Shown here: positions 42,551-53,436 of the stretch, one piece after another
How the letters are laid out: every line of letters begins with the position of its first letter
Position numbering within the stretch: the stretch's first letter is position 1
NCBI GenBank assembly: GCA_043802785.1
Contig: JAZDKR010000024.1
Coordinates: 97-64,096 of the forward strand
Direction of reading: 5' to 3'
DNA length: 64,000 nucleotides
From: Elusimicrobiota bacterium
Lineage (GTDB): Bacteria > Elusimicrobiota > UBA8919
Program-made: the position numbers and the translations under genes
Notes under the pieces: model-generated
Told to the model about the DNA's origin: nothing
Database searches by the model: none
Seen by the model: only the letters and a program-made list of their open reading frames with translations

Positions 42551-44137
42551 TTAGAAGTCAAATGAAATTGTTAAGGCGGCGGCGCCGGCGGAAGGAACTT
42601 TTGTGCTATTAGTGATTTCAACCGTGTCAGATGACATAGCAGCACCTAAATCAATAACAAAGTGGGCGAGCGTTAAACCAAATCCGCCGGTATAGGCAAG
42701 TTTTGAAGATGACTCTGCAAGGTTTTTCATCAAACCACAACGCAGAGCAAGATTAAACCATTTGCTGTTAACCAGATTAAACTCGTTGCCAAGACCCCAC
42801 AGACGGGAATCGTAGCATGGAAGTGGTGTTGAGTTTTTCGTCAAATCAATATCTGAAGCAATCGTCCACCAGTTAAATGGCCACACGGCAACGCCGCCTC
42901 TTACCTGCGGCGATATTTTATATTTTGAACTTTCGCCGTCGGCAATCGCTTCCGCCGGCTGATCAAATTTTGGTGAGTTTATATTTCTCAACAAAAGCCC
43001 AAAATTTGTTTTCTTTCCAAAAAACTTTTTTTGAAGTAAAAACCCCAAATCCAAACCAACGGCATTTGAAGTTTTATAGTTATTTTGCAAATCATCAAAC
43101 GGGTCTACCTCATCATCGGAAAGCACTTTTACTTTGGCATAGCCAACATATCCATTCATATATTTCAGGTTGCCACCGACATAAAGCCCTTTGAAAAATC
43201 CGCTCAGTGTAGTTGTTGATTGAACATAAGGTGCAGAATTACCATAGCCTAACGACGCCTCAAAAACGGATGTGCCGCGAACTGTAAGGTTAGATGTGTT
43301 GTTTTTGTACGAACCAGCAGATGAATCGGTTATCAGTGGTTCTATGTATTCAGTATTGTATTTGTTTATTATTGAGACAGCATCTTTAATTTCATCAGGA
43401 GATAACCCCTCTTCAACAGCGGCGTTAATTAAAGCGTTTGCAATATCCTGTGAATTATACACATCACCAAGTTCAATTCCAAAAACAGTACTTGCCGCAT
43501 TTCCTAAATCACCAATCGTACTTGCTAAATCATCTGCTGATTGCTGTAAATCTGGGTCAGAAAGTGGTGAGCCAAGTCCTACAATCCCTGAAAGGTCAAT
43601 GCCTCCTGTCTCACCAAACGATTTTCCAAGCCCTATATTTTTTATATCAATTTCCGGGTCGCAGCCAAAAGATGTAAAATTATTTACTGAAAATGCAAAA
43701 TGGCTAACACGGATGTTCGCACCCGCAGAAATATCTGATAAAATACCTTTTCCTCCTTTGTTCAATTCGTCAAGTATTTTTACAGAATCAAAAAATGTTT
43801 TTAGTTGACTTAACTCTATTGCTGTCCCGTTTTTTTGTGCTTCTGAAATCTTGGCAAACTGGTCGGCAATTTTAGAAAGACGGTCGGCGGAACCAAGAAT
43901 ATCACCGGTTGCTTCCAACTGAACACCGACGGGCATCTGAACATCTACATCTTTGCCAACACCAAGTCCGGCTGGATTATAATACTGCGTCAGTGCATCT
44001 TCGGCGATTGCAATATATGCCCCGCCCATAGACAGAGGCCGAGTACCGAGAATTTTGAAAGAATCAGCGTAAAGACAGTGAGTGAGAGAGTAAGAAAGTA
44101 AGAGAGTAAGAAAAATTAAACCTAAAATCTTTTTCAT
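42551..44137 (-). CDS. Outer-membrane beta-barrel protein with a FadL/TraF-like N-terminal motif.
   Basis: Signal peptide, LSMGGAYIAIAEDALTQYYNPAGLG, and a C-terminal aromatic residue (...ISFDF). Confidence 0.5.
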   Translation of the reverse strand: MKKILGLIFLTLLLSYSLTHCLYADSFKILGTRPLSMGGAYIAIAEDALTQYYNPAGLGVGKDVDVQMPVGVQLEATGDILGSADRLSKIADQFAKISEAQKNGTAIELSQLKTFFDSVKILDELNKGGKGILSDISAGANIRVSHFAFSVNNFTSFGCDPEIDIKNIGLGKSFGETGGIDLSGIVGLGSPLSDPDLQQSADDLASTIGDLGNAASTVFGIELGDVYNSQDIANALINAAVEEGLSPDEIKDAVSIINKYNTEYIEPLITDSSAGSYKNNTSNLTVRGTSVFEASLGYGNSAPYVQSTTTLSGFFKGLYVGGNLKYMNGYVGYAKVKVLSDDEVDPFDDLQNNYKTSNAVGLDLGFLLQKKFFGKKTNFGLLLRNINSPKFDQPAEAIADGESSKYKISPQVRGGVAVWPFNWWTIASDIDLTKNSTPLPCYDSRLWGLGNEFNLVNSKWFNLALRCGLMKNLAESSSKLAYTGGFGLTLAHFVIDLGAAMSSDTVEITNSTKVPSAGAAALTISFDF

Positions 44138-44149
44138 AAAAACCCCCGT

Positions 44150-44290
44150 TTTTGTTTGTCATTGCGAGGTGAAACCACCCGCCCCAAAGGGGCGAGGCCT
44201 CGCCATATGCGGGTGGCAATCCCAAAAAATAGATTGCTTCGTCCTCCGACTTCGTCGGAGTCCTCGCAATGACAACCAAATTAAAATTTG
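44150..44290. repeat. CATTGCGAGG-family palindromic element pair.
   Basis: gtcattgcgaggtgaaaccacccgcc ... cctcgcaatgacaac. Confidence 0.7.
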
Positions 44291-44390
44291 TGATTACAGC
44301 AGAGAAACCATGCCACTAACACAACGCACGGCGCCCGATAAATCGGGCAACTACATCTGTCTTTCTCTCCTAATCTCCTAATCTCTGCTT

Positions 44391-45884
<1,494 letters not shown>

Positions 45885-45936
45885 AACATAGCCGTTGTCG
45901 TGTAGTTCAAATTCCCTATTCCATATTCCCTACCTA

Positions 45937-47139
45937 CTATCTACTACTTATTGCTTCTTTTAACATTGCCGCTTTATCTGTTTTTTCCCAACTAAACTCG
46001 CTTCTTCCGAAATGCCCGTAAGCAGCCGTCTTCTGATAAATCGGTTTATGAAGTTCAAGCGTTTCTATTATCCCTCTCGGTGTTAATAAAAATATTTCCC
46101 TTACCGCTTTTTCAAGTTTGTCATCGGCAACACCTGTTCCGAGTGAATCAACCATTATTGAAACCGGCTCAGCAATACCAATTGCATATGCTAATTGAAT
46201 TATGCATTTCTCTGCTAAACCTGCGGCAACGATATTTTTTGCGATGTACCTTGACATATAACACGCAGAACGGTCAACTTTCGTCGGATCCTTTCCTGAA
46301 AATGCTCCGCCACCGTGAGGTGCCATACCACCGTAAGTATCAACAATGATTTTTCTGCCGGTCATTCCCGTATCCGACTGCGGACCACCTATTACAAATC
46401 TGCCCGTAGGATTTATGTAACAGTCATTTTTGAAACTGAACTTTTCTAAAAGATTTTTTGGAATTGTAGGAACGATTACCGTCTCAATTATTTCCTCTTT
46501 TGCCCAGTTGGCAAGATTTCCAGTTTTCTTGTCCACGGAATCCTCGGTGTGCTGTGTTGAAATAACTATTTTCTCAACGGAAACTGGTCTGCCATCAACA
46601 TATCTTACTGTAACCTGTGATTTACCGTCGGGACCGATGTATTTCAAAATATTTTTTTTCCTTACTTCCGCAAGCCGCATTGTAAGTTTTTGTGCAAGCA
46701 TTATCGGTAGCGGCATCAATTCTTTCGTCTCGTTACAGGCATAACCAATCATAAGTCCCTGGTCGCCTGCACCTATTTCTTTCCCTTTTCTTCCAACACC
46801 CTGCGAAATATCCGGCGACTGGCGGCCGATTGCATTAAGTATCCCGCAGGTCTGGTAATTAAAACCATATTTCATGTCCGTATAGCCGATGTCTTTGATA
46901 ACGCCGCGCGCTAAATTCTGGACATCAATATAGGCATTAGTGGTTATTTCACCACCGACAATTAAAAGACCGACGGTAATGTATGTCTCACAGGCAACCC
47001 GACACCGAAAATTATTTTTCAACGGCGGGTCATGTCTATAGACCTCATCCAATACTGCATCCGAAATTTGGTCGCAGACCTTATCAGGATGCCCTTCCGT
47101 CACCGACTCCGAAGTGAACACATAATTTCCACTAAACAT
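45937..47139 (-). CDS. metK: S-adenosylmethionine synthetase.
   Basis: [23 protein letters not shown] and the overall MetK pattern. Confidence 0.9.
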   Translation of the reverse strand: MFSGNYVFTSESVTEGHPDKVCDQISDAVLDEVYRHDPPLKNNFRCRVACETYITVGLLIVGGEITTNAYIDVQNLARGVIKDIGYTDMKYGFNYQTCGILNAIGRQSPDISQGVGRKGKEIGAGDQGLMIGYACNETKELMPLPIMLAQKLTMRLAEVRKKNILKYIGPDGKSQVTVRYVDGRPVSVEKIVISTQHTEDSVDKKTGNLANWAKEEIIETVIVPTIPKNLLEKFSFKNDCYINPTGRFVIGGPQSDTGMTGRKIIVDTYGGMAPHGGGAFSGKDPTKVDRSACYMSRYIAKNIVAAGLAEKCIIQLAYAIGIAEPVSIMVDSLGTGVADDKLEKAVREIFLLTPRGIIETLELHKPIYQKTAAYGHFGRSEFSWEKTDKAAMLKEAISSR

Positions 47140-47155
47140 TTTCTCCCCCTTAAAG

Positions 47156-47232
47156 ACCGCTAAACTGACGCTAAACTTTGAAAACCCGCGAAACTAACGC
47201 GAAATGTTTTGCGTCTGTTTTGCGGTTGTTAG
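47156..47232. promoter_or_regulatory. ACGCTAAA / ACGCGAAA phased array (B2), upstream of metK.
   Basis: Sequence ccgctaaactgacgctaaactttgaaaacccgcgaaactaacgcgaaatgttttgcgtctgttttgcg. Confidence 0.55.
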
Positions 47233-48882
47233 ATTATCACAAATTTTTTCGGCAAAATCAAGTAATTTTTTTGTTTTGCCGAGTGAATCTGTTTCAGAGT
47301 ATGTCCTTAAAATCGGCTCTGTTCCCGACGGACGAAGCAATAGCCAACCTGTCCCGCCAAGGCGGGACGGATCAAAAATTATTTTTATTCCGTCATAGGT
47401 TCTGATTTCCTTGATCCCGCCGAGGCGAGACGCGAATTGCCACGAATTTCCGCCAAAGGCGGACGAATTGGGACGAATTTTTTGTTCAATCTGTTTAACA
47501 AATTCTTGCTTATCAACGGGCTTTGAAAGTTTTATATCTCTTCTTAAATAATATGATTTCCCGAATCTTTTTTGCAAATCATCAACTAACTGTGAAAGTT
47601 TTTTCTTTGTTTGCGAAAGCATCTCGGTAATTAAAAGTGCATTTAAGATACCGTCTCGTTCCGGTATGCTGCCTTTCCATCCGTAACCGCCGGATTCTTC
47701 ACCACCGAGCAAAACATTTTCAGCGAGCATTTTTTCACAAACATACTTGAAACCGACAGGAACCTCTTCAAAAGGGAGACAAAATTTTTTCGCAATTCTT
47801 TCGGAAAGATACCCAAGTGAAATCGCCTGAACAACTTTTCCTTTTATTTTTCTTCCTTCTACAAGATACAACAAAATCAGAGGAAAAACAATATGCGGTG
47901 AAAGATATCTGCCTTTGTCGTCTATAACACCCAAGCGGTCAGCGTCGCCGTCAAAAGCAAAACCTACGGCTGCCCCATTTTTCAATACCACTTTTTTTAG
48001 TTCTGTGAGATTTTTTTCTATCGGCTCGGGATTTACTCCGGCAAATAATGGGTCATGAGAATTATGTATTGAATAAATCTTTGAGATTCTTCGTCCCGTT
48101 ATGCGGGACTCAGAATGACTTTGCGAGTCATTTTTGAATCCGCCACAGACGGACTCAAAAATACCAACGCCGCTTCCATGCATATAATCAAGGACAATTT
48201 TGGATTTTGATGATGGATTCAATCTAACAAGTGATTTCAGATATTTTTTGTAATCGCTGATAATATCCACTCTTCGCGTCATTGCGAGGTCGTCACTGCG
48301 ACCTCGCAATGACAATTGTTGGATATCCTCATTATTAGTTTTGACAGCACTCTTATACAGATGTTTTGAAATTGTATTTATGATTTTTTCCGAAACAGAA
48401 CCTCCGTATTGAAGTTTTATTTTTAGACCGTTCCAGTCGGGCGGATTATGACTTGCCGTTATCATCACCCCAAGACAATTGTTTTTTTTACAAAAAAATG
48501 AGACCGATGGCGAAGTTGCTGCCGTCTGCGAAACCGCCGAATGTATCCCATTCGCAGAAATAACTCTTGCAACATGGAGTGCAAATTTCTCCGAAAGAAA
48601 CCTGTTGTCATACCCGACGATAACGACAGGGGATAGGGGGTAGGGGATAGGGTGTAGCGGCGAATGTAAATTCGCTAAATTTGTCCGCCTAGGCGGACCG
48701 CTACACCCTACTCCCTCCACACTACACTCTGCCTTTATATAATCCGCAATCGCCTGAGCAACTATTCCAACATTCTCAAAGGTAAAGTCCCTTGCAATTA
48801 TCCCGCGCCACCCGTCAGTACCAAACTTAATGGCAGGGGATAGGGGATAGGGGATAGGGGATAGTAGTTTTTGTTTTTCCAT
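47194..48882 (-). CDS. Phosphomannomutase / phosphoglucomutase family enzyme carrying about five in-frame repeat insertions.
   Basis: FGTDGWRG, TASHNP, RPSGTEP. Inserts at about 48834-48870, 48627-48729, 48270-48312, 48069-48132 and 47415-47472. Confidence 0.8.
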   Translation of the reverse strand: MEKQKLLSPIPYPLSPAIKFGTDGWRGIIARDFTFENVGIVAQAIADYIKAECSVEGVGCSGPPRRTNLANLHSPLHPIPYPLSPVVIVGYDNRFLSEKFALHVARVISANGIHSAVSQTAATSPSVSFFCKKNNCLGVMITASHNPPDWNGLKIKLQYGGSVSEKIINTISKHLYKSAVKTNNEDIQQLSLRGRSDDLAMTRRVDIISDYKKYLKSLVRLNPSSKSKIVLDYMHGSGVGIFESVCGGFKNDSQSHSESRITGRRISKIYSIHNSHDPLFAGVNPEPIEKNLTELKKVVLKNGAAVGFAFDGDADRLGVIDDKGRYLSPHIVFPLILLYLVEGRKIKGKVVQAISLGYLSERIAKKFCLPFEEVPVGFKYVCEKMLAENVLLGGEESGGYGWKGSIPERDGILNALLITEMLSQTKKKLSQLVDDLQKRFGKSYYLRRDIKLSKPVDKQEFVKQIEQKIRPNSSAFGGNSWQFASRLGGIKEIRTYDGIKIIFDPSRLGGTGWLLLRPSGTEPILRTYSETDSLGKTKKLLDFAEKICDNLTTAKQTQNISR

Positions 48883-48884
48883 TT

Positions 48885-49256
48885 TTATTGTCCGTGTTTA
48901 TCAGTGTCCCTGCCATAATCGTCTTCCAGACGGACAACATCCCAGACCTCCGGAGTTGAAACCTCCAAAAGTGTTACATCACAAAATTTAGAATGCATCC
49001 TGTGAATTTTTTTCGGCGGGATGACGATAACTGAACCTTCTTTCATTATTTTTTTCTCGGAGCGAAGCGAAGATCCCGCAAAGCGGGATAACTCCATAAT
49101 GTATCTACCCTTTAGCGTGTAAATCGTCTCGTGTTTTATTTTATGATACTGTTTGCTTAAGCGATGACCTTTTTTAATAAAAAGGATTTTGCCCACATAT
49201 TTTTTCGTCTGAGCGAACCACTTTTCATATCCCCACGGTTTTTTGACAATTTTCAT
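48885..49256 (-). CDS. Stand-alone cupin, similar to the mannose-6-phosphate-isomerase type II C-terminal domain. Carries an in-frame repeat insertion at about 49049-49094.
   Basis: KPWGYEKW ... LSKQYH. The insert ELSRFAGSSLRSEKK is encoded by ggagcgaagcgaagatcccgcaaagcgggat. Confidence 0.55.
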   Translation of the reverse strand: MKIVKKPWGYEKWFAQTKKYVGKILFIKKGHRLSKQYHKIKHETIYTLKGRYIMELSRFAGSSLRSEKKIMKEGSVIVIPPKKIHRMHSKFCDVTLLEVSTPEVWDVVRLEDDYGRDTDKHGQ

Positions 49257-49261
49257 AAAGA

Positions 49262-49350
49262 ACCGCTAAACTGACGCTAAACTTTGAAAACCCGCGAAAC
49301 CAACGCTAAATGTTTCGCGTCTGTTTCGCGTTCTTTTTCGCGTCTGTTTT
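49262..49350. promoter_or_regulatory. ACGCTAAA / GCGTCTGTTT phased array (B3), upstream of the cupin gene.
   Basis: Nearly identical to 47156-47232, plus extra gcgtctgtt units. Confidence 0.55.
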
Positions 49351-49356
49351 GCGTTC

Positions 49357-50475
49357 CTATAGTTTGCTGTAACTTTTTATAACTGTTTTGTCGGCAATGG
49401 TGCATCCATCGGTTAAATAAGAATGTTCTTCAATTGTGCAATTTTTGCCAATAACTGATTTTTCAATTTTGCTATTTTTCTGTATTCTTGTGCCGTCTAA
49501 AACTATGCAATCGGATAGAAAACAATTTTCCCCAATTTTAACATTATTTCCTAAACATACATTGCCGGAAATTGTGGTTTTTTCAGATAGTTGGGTATTA
49601 TCACCCACGACAAGATGACCGAAAACTCTTACACTTTTTGCTATTTTTGATTCTTTGCCAATAACATTTTTTTTCATCTGGTTCATCAAATCATTGTGAA
49701 TCTGCAAATATTTTTCCGTAGTCCCAATATCAATCCAGTAAGCAGAATAAATGTAACCATAAAAAGGAATTTTTTTGTTAAGTAATGTAGGGAACAGTTC
49801 CCGCTCGACGGAATAAATAACATCAAGCGGCATTTCCTTGAAAATTTCCGGTTCAAAAATATATGTGCCGGCATTGACAGTATCTACGGTAATCTGGCTA
49901 ATAGATGGCTTTTCCAGAAATTGCAATATCTTTCCGTCTTTTGCCGTCTCAACAAGACCAAAACTTGTGGGGTCTGGAACTCTGATGAGGGAAACAGTCA
50001 CCTTTGATTTTTTTTTCTTGTGGAATTGTACAAGTTTTGCCAGATTAATTTCCGTCAGAACATCCCCGTTGAAAATAATAACGGAATCGTCCACAAATTT
50101 TTCGGCATTTTTAATTGCGCCACCAGTCCCAAGAGGCGTTTTCTCAACAGCATATGATATTTTGACACCGAATTTTTTACCATCACCGAAATATTTTTTA
50201 AACTCCGACGGTAAATAAGCCATGCAAAGAATAATGTCTTTTATTCCGTACTTTTTGAGAAGTTCTATCTGATACAAAGAAAACGGTTTGTTGAGCACGG
50301 GCAACAACGGTTTTGGAGTGTTGCAAGTCAATGGTCTAAGCCGCGTGCCAAATCCGCCAATAAGAATTATTGCTTTCATAGTTCGCTCACTCCGTTCACT
50401 CACACGCGAATTTACGCTAATTCCCGCTTCGGCGGGACTAATATTCGCGAATATCTGCGTTCCATTCGCGACCAT
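49357..50475 (-). CDS. Mannose-1-phosphate guanylyltransferase (GDP-mannose pyrophosphorylase) with a left-handed-helix C-terminus. The likely start is MKAIILIGGFG, near 50379.
   Basis: MKAIILIGGFGTRLRPLT...PKPLLP, the nucleotidyltransferase signature. Confidence 0.75.
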   Translation of the reverse strand: MVANGTQIFANISPAEAGISVNSRVSERSERTMKAIILIGGFGTRLRPLTCNTPKPLLPVLNKPFSLYQIELLKKYGIKDIILCMAYLPSEFKKYFGDGKKFGVKISYAVEKTPLGTGGAIKNAEKFVDDSVIIFNGDVLTEINLAKLVQFHKKKKSKVTVSLIRVPDPTSFGLVETAKDGKILQFLEKPSISQITVDTVNAGTYIFEPEIFKEMPLDVIYSVERELFPTLLNKKIPFYGYIYSAYWIDIGTTEKYLQIHNDLMNQMKKNVIGKESKIAKSVRVFGHLVVGDNTQLSEKTTISGNVCLGNNVKIGENCFLSDCIVLDGTRIQKNSKIEKSVIGKNCTIEEHSYLTDGCTIADKTVIKSYSKL

Positions 50476-50510
50476 TCGCGTTGTTTTTATTCGCGTTTAT
50501 TCGCATTTTC
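50396..50510. promoter_or_regulatory. CGCGAA phased array (A6). The core is almost identical to 9556-9695.
   Basis: Sequence atattcgcgaatatctgcgttccattcgcgaccattcgcgttgtttttattcgcgtttattcgc. Confidence 0.65.
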
Positions 50511-51534
50511 TAAAATAGTCAACTGTTTTCTTCAAGCCGTCGCTGAATTTAATTTTTGCCGACCAGCCGAGAATTTTTTTCGCTTTTCTCACATCAAGCG
50601 AACTTTTGAATAACTCGCCAGTCCTCTGATATTCATATACTGGTTTTTGAGAATATCCTGTTATTTTTGAAAGTTCGTAAAAAAGTTGGTTTACCGACTC
50701 TGTCTTTCCGGTTCCTATATTAAAAATTTCGTTTTCGCCTTTGATAAGTGCAATCAAATTCGCATTGACGATATCTGAAACAAAAACATAGTCACGCATC
50801 TGCTCGCCGTCGCCAAAAATATTTACACAGCCCTTCCTTAAGGTCTTTTGAGGAAGGGCTGGGTTTACCTGCTCATTCGCCAGAATTCTGTTGATGAAAA
50901 TCGTCACAACACCCGCTTCGCCGCGAGGGTCCTGACGGGGTCCGTAGACATTGCCATACCTTAAAGCAGTGTATTTTAATCCAGATATTTTTGCGTAATA
51001 ATTAAGATAATACTCAACTGACCGTTTTGCAATTCCATATGGCGAAAGTGGTTCGGGGGTTTTGTTTTCCGTCGGTGACTCTCCACGACGAGTTCCACAT
51101 TCACCATACATCACACCACCACTGGATGCAAAAATGAATTTTTTCACACCGTACCGGACAGAGTTTTCCAAAAGATTTATTGTTCCCAGAATGTTTGTCG
51201 TCGCATCAAATATCGGGTCGGCAACTGATTTTCTCACATCTATCTGTGCAGCGTGATGATTTACAATATCCGGCTTTTCCGTCTCAAATATCTGCATAAT
51301 CCGTTTTTTATTCGTGATGTCTGTGTTGTAAAATTTTGCTTTCGGATTTAAGTTTTCTTTTCTGCCAGTAATTAAATTATCAACAACAATCACACTATGC
51401 CCCTGTTGAATATAAGCATCTACAATATTTGAACCAATAAACCCCGCCCCACCTGCTACTAAAATTTTTAATCCCATTATTGAGGTTGAATCTCCATAAA
51501 TTTTAATTTCCATACTAAAAAAATTGCTTCCCAA
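50497..51534 (-). CDS. NAD-dependent epimerase/dehydratase (SDR family). The likely start is MGLKILVAGGAGFIGS, at 51477.
   Basis: Rossmann GxxGxxG and the YxxxK catalytic pair. Confidence 0.7.
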   Translation of the reverse strand: MGSNFFSMEIKIYGDSTSIMGLKILVAGGAGFIGSNIVDAYIQQGHSVIVVDNLITGRKENLNPKAKFYNTDITNKKRIMQIFETEKPDIVNHHAAQIDVRKSVADPIFDATTNILGTINLLENSVRYGVKKFIFASSGGVMYGECGTRRGESPTENKTPEPLSPYGIAKRSVEYYLNYYAKISGLKYTALRYGNVYGPRQDPRGEAGVVTIFINRILANEQVNPALPQKTLRKGCVNIFGDGEQMRDYVFVSDIVNANLIALIKGENEIFNIGTGKTESVNQLFYELSKITGYSQKPVYEYQRTGELFKSSLDVRKAKKILGWSAKIKFSDGLKKTVDYFRKCE

Positions 51535-52307
51535 ATAATATTTTTCGAAATCTTGGATTTGCCAATCGATCTATCGGCAAAAAATATAGGGTACTCAAAA
51601 ATTTTATATCCGAGTTTGTGTGCCCTGTATTTCATTTCTATCAAAAATCCATAACCCTCTGACTTCACTTCGTCAAGATTTATATTTTCCAGCACTTTAC
51701 GACGGAAACCCATAAAACCAGATGTGCAGTCATTAACAGGCATACATAAAACTGTTTTCGCATACAAATTCCCCAGACGGGATATTATTTTTCTATGGAC
51801 GGGCATTGAATTACAACCGCCTTTTACATAACGAGAACCGACTACTAAATCATAACTTTTGAGTTTTTTTAGGAACCCCAAAAAACATTCCGGGTTATGG
51901 GAAAAATCTGCATCCATAGTAAAAATAAAATCAAAATCTCTTACCAAAGCCCACTTAAATCCTTGAATGTATGCTGTCCCAAGTCCAAGTTTTTTTTCAC
52001 GATGAATAATTTCTAATTGAGATTGCGAAGATTGTTCCAATTCTGTCATATGAGATTGCTTCGTCGTCCCGATCTTATCGGGACTCCTCGCAATGACACT
52101 TTGTGCCGCTTTTAACCCTTCCGATATCTCTCCCGTTCCGTCGGGCGAATTATCGTCAATGATTAAGAGATTGAGATCGCCCGCCACACGGATCGGCGAG
52201 TCCGCCTTTGGCGGAAGATTGAGAACTTGGTCAACAATCTTTTCTATATTTTCTCTCTCGTTATATGTCGGGATTATAATCAAAACTTTACTTTTTTTTA
52301 GTGACAT
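51477..52307 (-). CDS. GT2 glycosyltransferase, polyprenol-phosphate mannosyltransferase-like. Carries two in-frame repeat insertions at about 52175-52214 and 52040-52105.
   Basis: IIIPTYNEREN ... DDNSPDGT. The inserts encode PPKADSPIRVAGD and ...ARSPDKIGTTKQSHMTEL... Confidence 0.7.
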   Translation of the reverse strand: MSLKKSKVLIIIPTYNERENIEKIVDQVLNLPPKADSPIRVAGDLNLLIIDDNSPDGTGEISEGLKAAQSVIARSPDKIGTTKQSHMTELEQSSQSQLEIIHREKKLGLGTAYIQGFKWALVRDFDFIFTMDADFSHNPECFLGFLKKLKSYDLVVGSRYVKGGCNSMPVHRKIISRLGNLYAKTVLCMPVNDCTSGFMGFRRKVLENINLDEVKSEGYGFLIEMKYRAHKLGYKIFEYPIFFADRSIGKSKISKNIIWEAIFLVWKLKFMEIQPQ

Positions 52308-53436
52308 ATTTTAATGTTTTCTTTGAATAATTGTAATAAGAAATATGCGGGCGACCTTGTTTATCAAGCATTATGGATGTATCAAATCCGACAATACCTT
52401 CGGCATCAATCGTCTGAATTTTCCATTCAGAACCCGTCCAGTAAGCATATTTAAGGTCAGAGTTGCCATAATACGAAACGTGCGGAGTCACATCAGGCAA
52501 CTTTGCATCCAGAGTTATTGATGTATATTCACCAACATAACCTTCACTGTCAACCGTCTGGATAGCCCATGCAGAACCAGTCCAGTGAGCATATTTTAAA
52601 TCCCTATTGGTAGCATCATAATATGCTATATGCGGAAAATTATTGCTATCAACCACTATGGAACTATCTTCACCAACTTCACCTGTTGAATCAACCGTCT
52701 GAATATCCCACGAAGAACCAGTCCAACGAGCATATTTTAAATCACCGTTGGTAGAATCATAATATGCTATATGCGGAAAATTATTGCTATCAATCGCGAT
52801 GGAGGTGAACTTGCCTACCGCACCGGCTGAATCAACCATCTGAATATTCCACGAAGAACCAGTCCAATGAGCATACTTTAAGTCGCCGTTGGTAGAATCA
52901 TAATATGCTATATGTTTGAAATCGTTACTAACCGCTATGGAACTATCTTCACCGACTTCGCCTATTGAATCAACCGTCTGAACATCCCACGATAAACCAT
53001 CCCAACGAGCATACTTTAAATCCTTGTTGGTAGAATCATAATACGCTATATGTGAAAAATTGCTACTGACTGCTATAGATGTGAACTTGTATGTTTCACC
53101 GTTAGACGGAGTATATTGTTTTTCCCAAGAATTGCCTGTCCATTTAAGATACCCTACACCTTTTTTGCTACAAAACGAAAGATTAGGAAAATCATTACTA
53201 TCAAGGCACATTGAAGCATACTCTCCTTCTTCATCACTTTCTGAAGTAAGCGTTTGGATATCCCAGCCGTCAACTGGCAAAGATACCACCACTTTTTCGT
53301 CTGTTAGATTTACATTTAATCTTCTTTCCGACTCACAATAAAGGCAGGAAGTGGTAAGTAGTAAGTGGTAAGTGGTAAGGATTAAGAAGGCAGAATTAAG
53401 TAACTTGTTCATCTGTACAATCTGTAATTTTCTCAT
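52288..53436 (-). CDS. Secreted protein made of about 6 tandem repeats of roughly 46 aa (YYDSTNGDLKYA[HR]WTGSSW.IQTVDS.G.VG..SSI ... PHIA).
   Basis: Signal peptide. At the DNA level this is a tandem unit of about 138 bp with high identity. Confidence 0.6.
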   Translation of the reverse strand: MRKLQIVQMNKLLNSAFLILTTYHLLLTTSCLYCESERRLNVNLTDEKVVVSLPVDGWDIQTLTSESDEEGEYASMCLDSNDFPNLSFCSKKGVGYLKWTGNSWEKQYTPSNGETYKFTSIAVSSNFSHIAYYDSTNKDLKYARWDGLSWDVQTVDSIGEVGEDSSIAVSNDFKHIAYYDSTNGDLKYAHWTGSSWNIQMVDSAGAVGKFTSIAIDSNNFPHIAYYDSTNGDLKYARWTGSSWDIQTVDSTGEVGEDSSIVVDSNNFPHIAYYDATNRDLKYAHWTGSAWAIQTVDSEGYVGEYTSITLDAKLPDVTPHVSYYGNSDLKYAYWTGSEWKIQTIDAEGIVGFDTSIMLDKQGRPHISYYNYSKKTLKYVTKKK

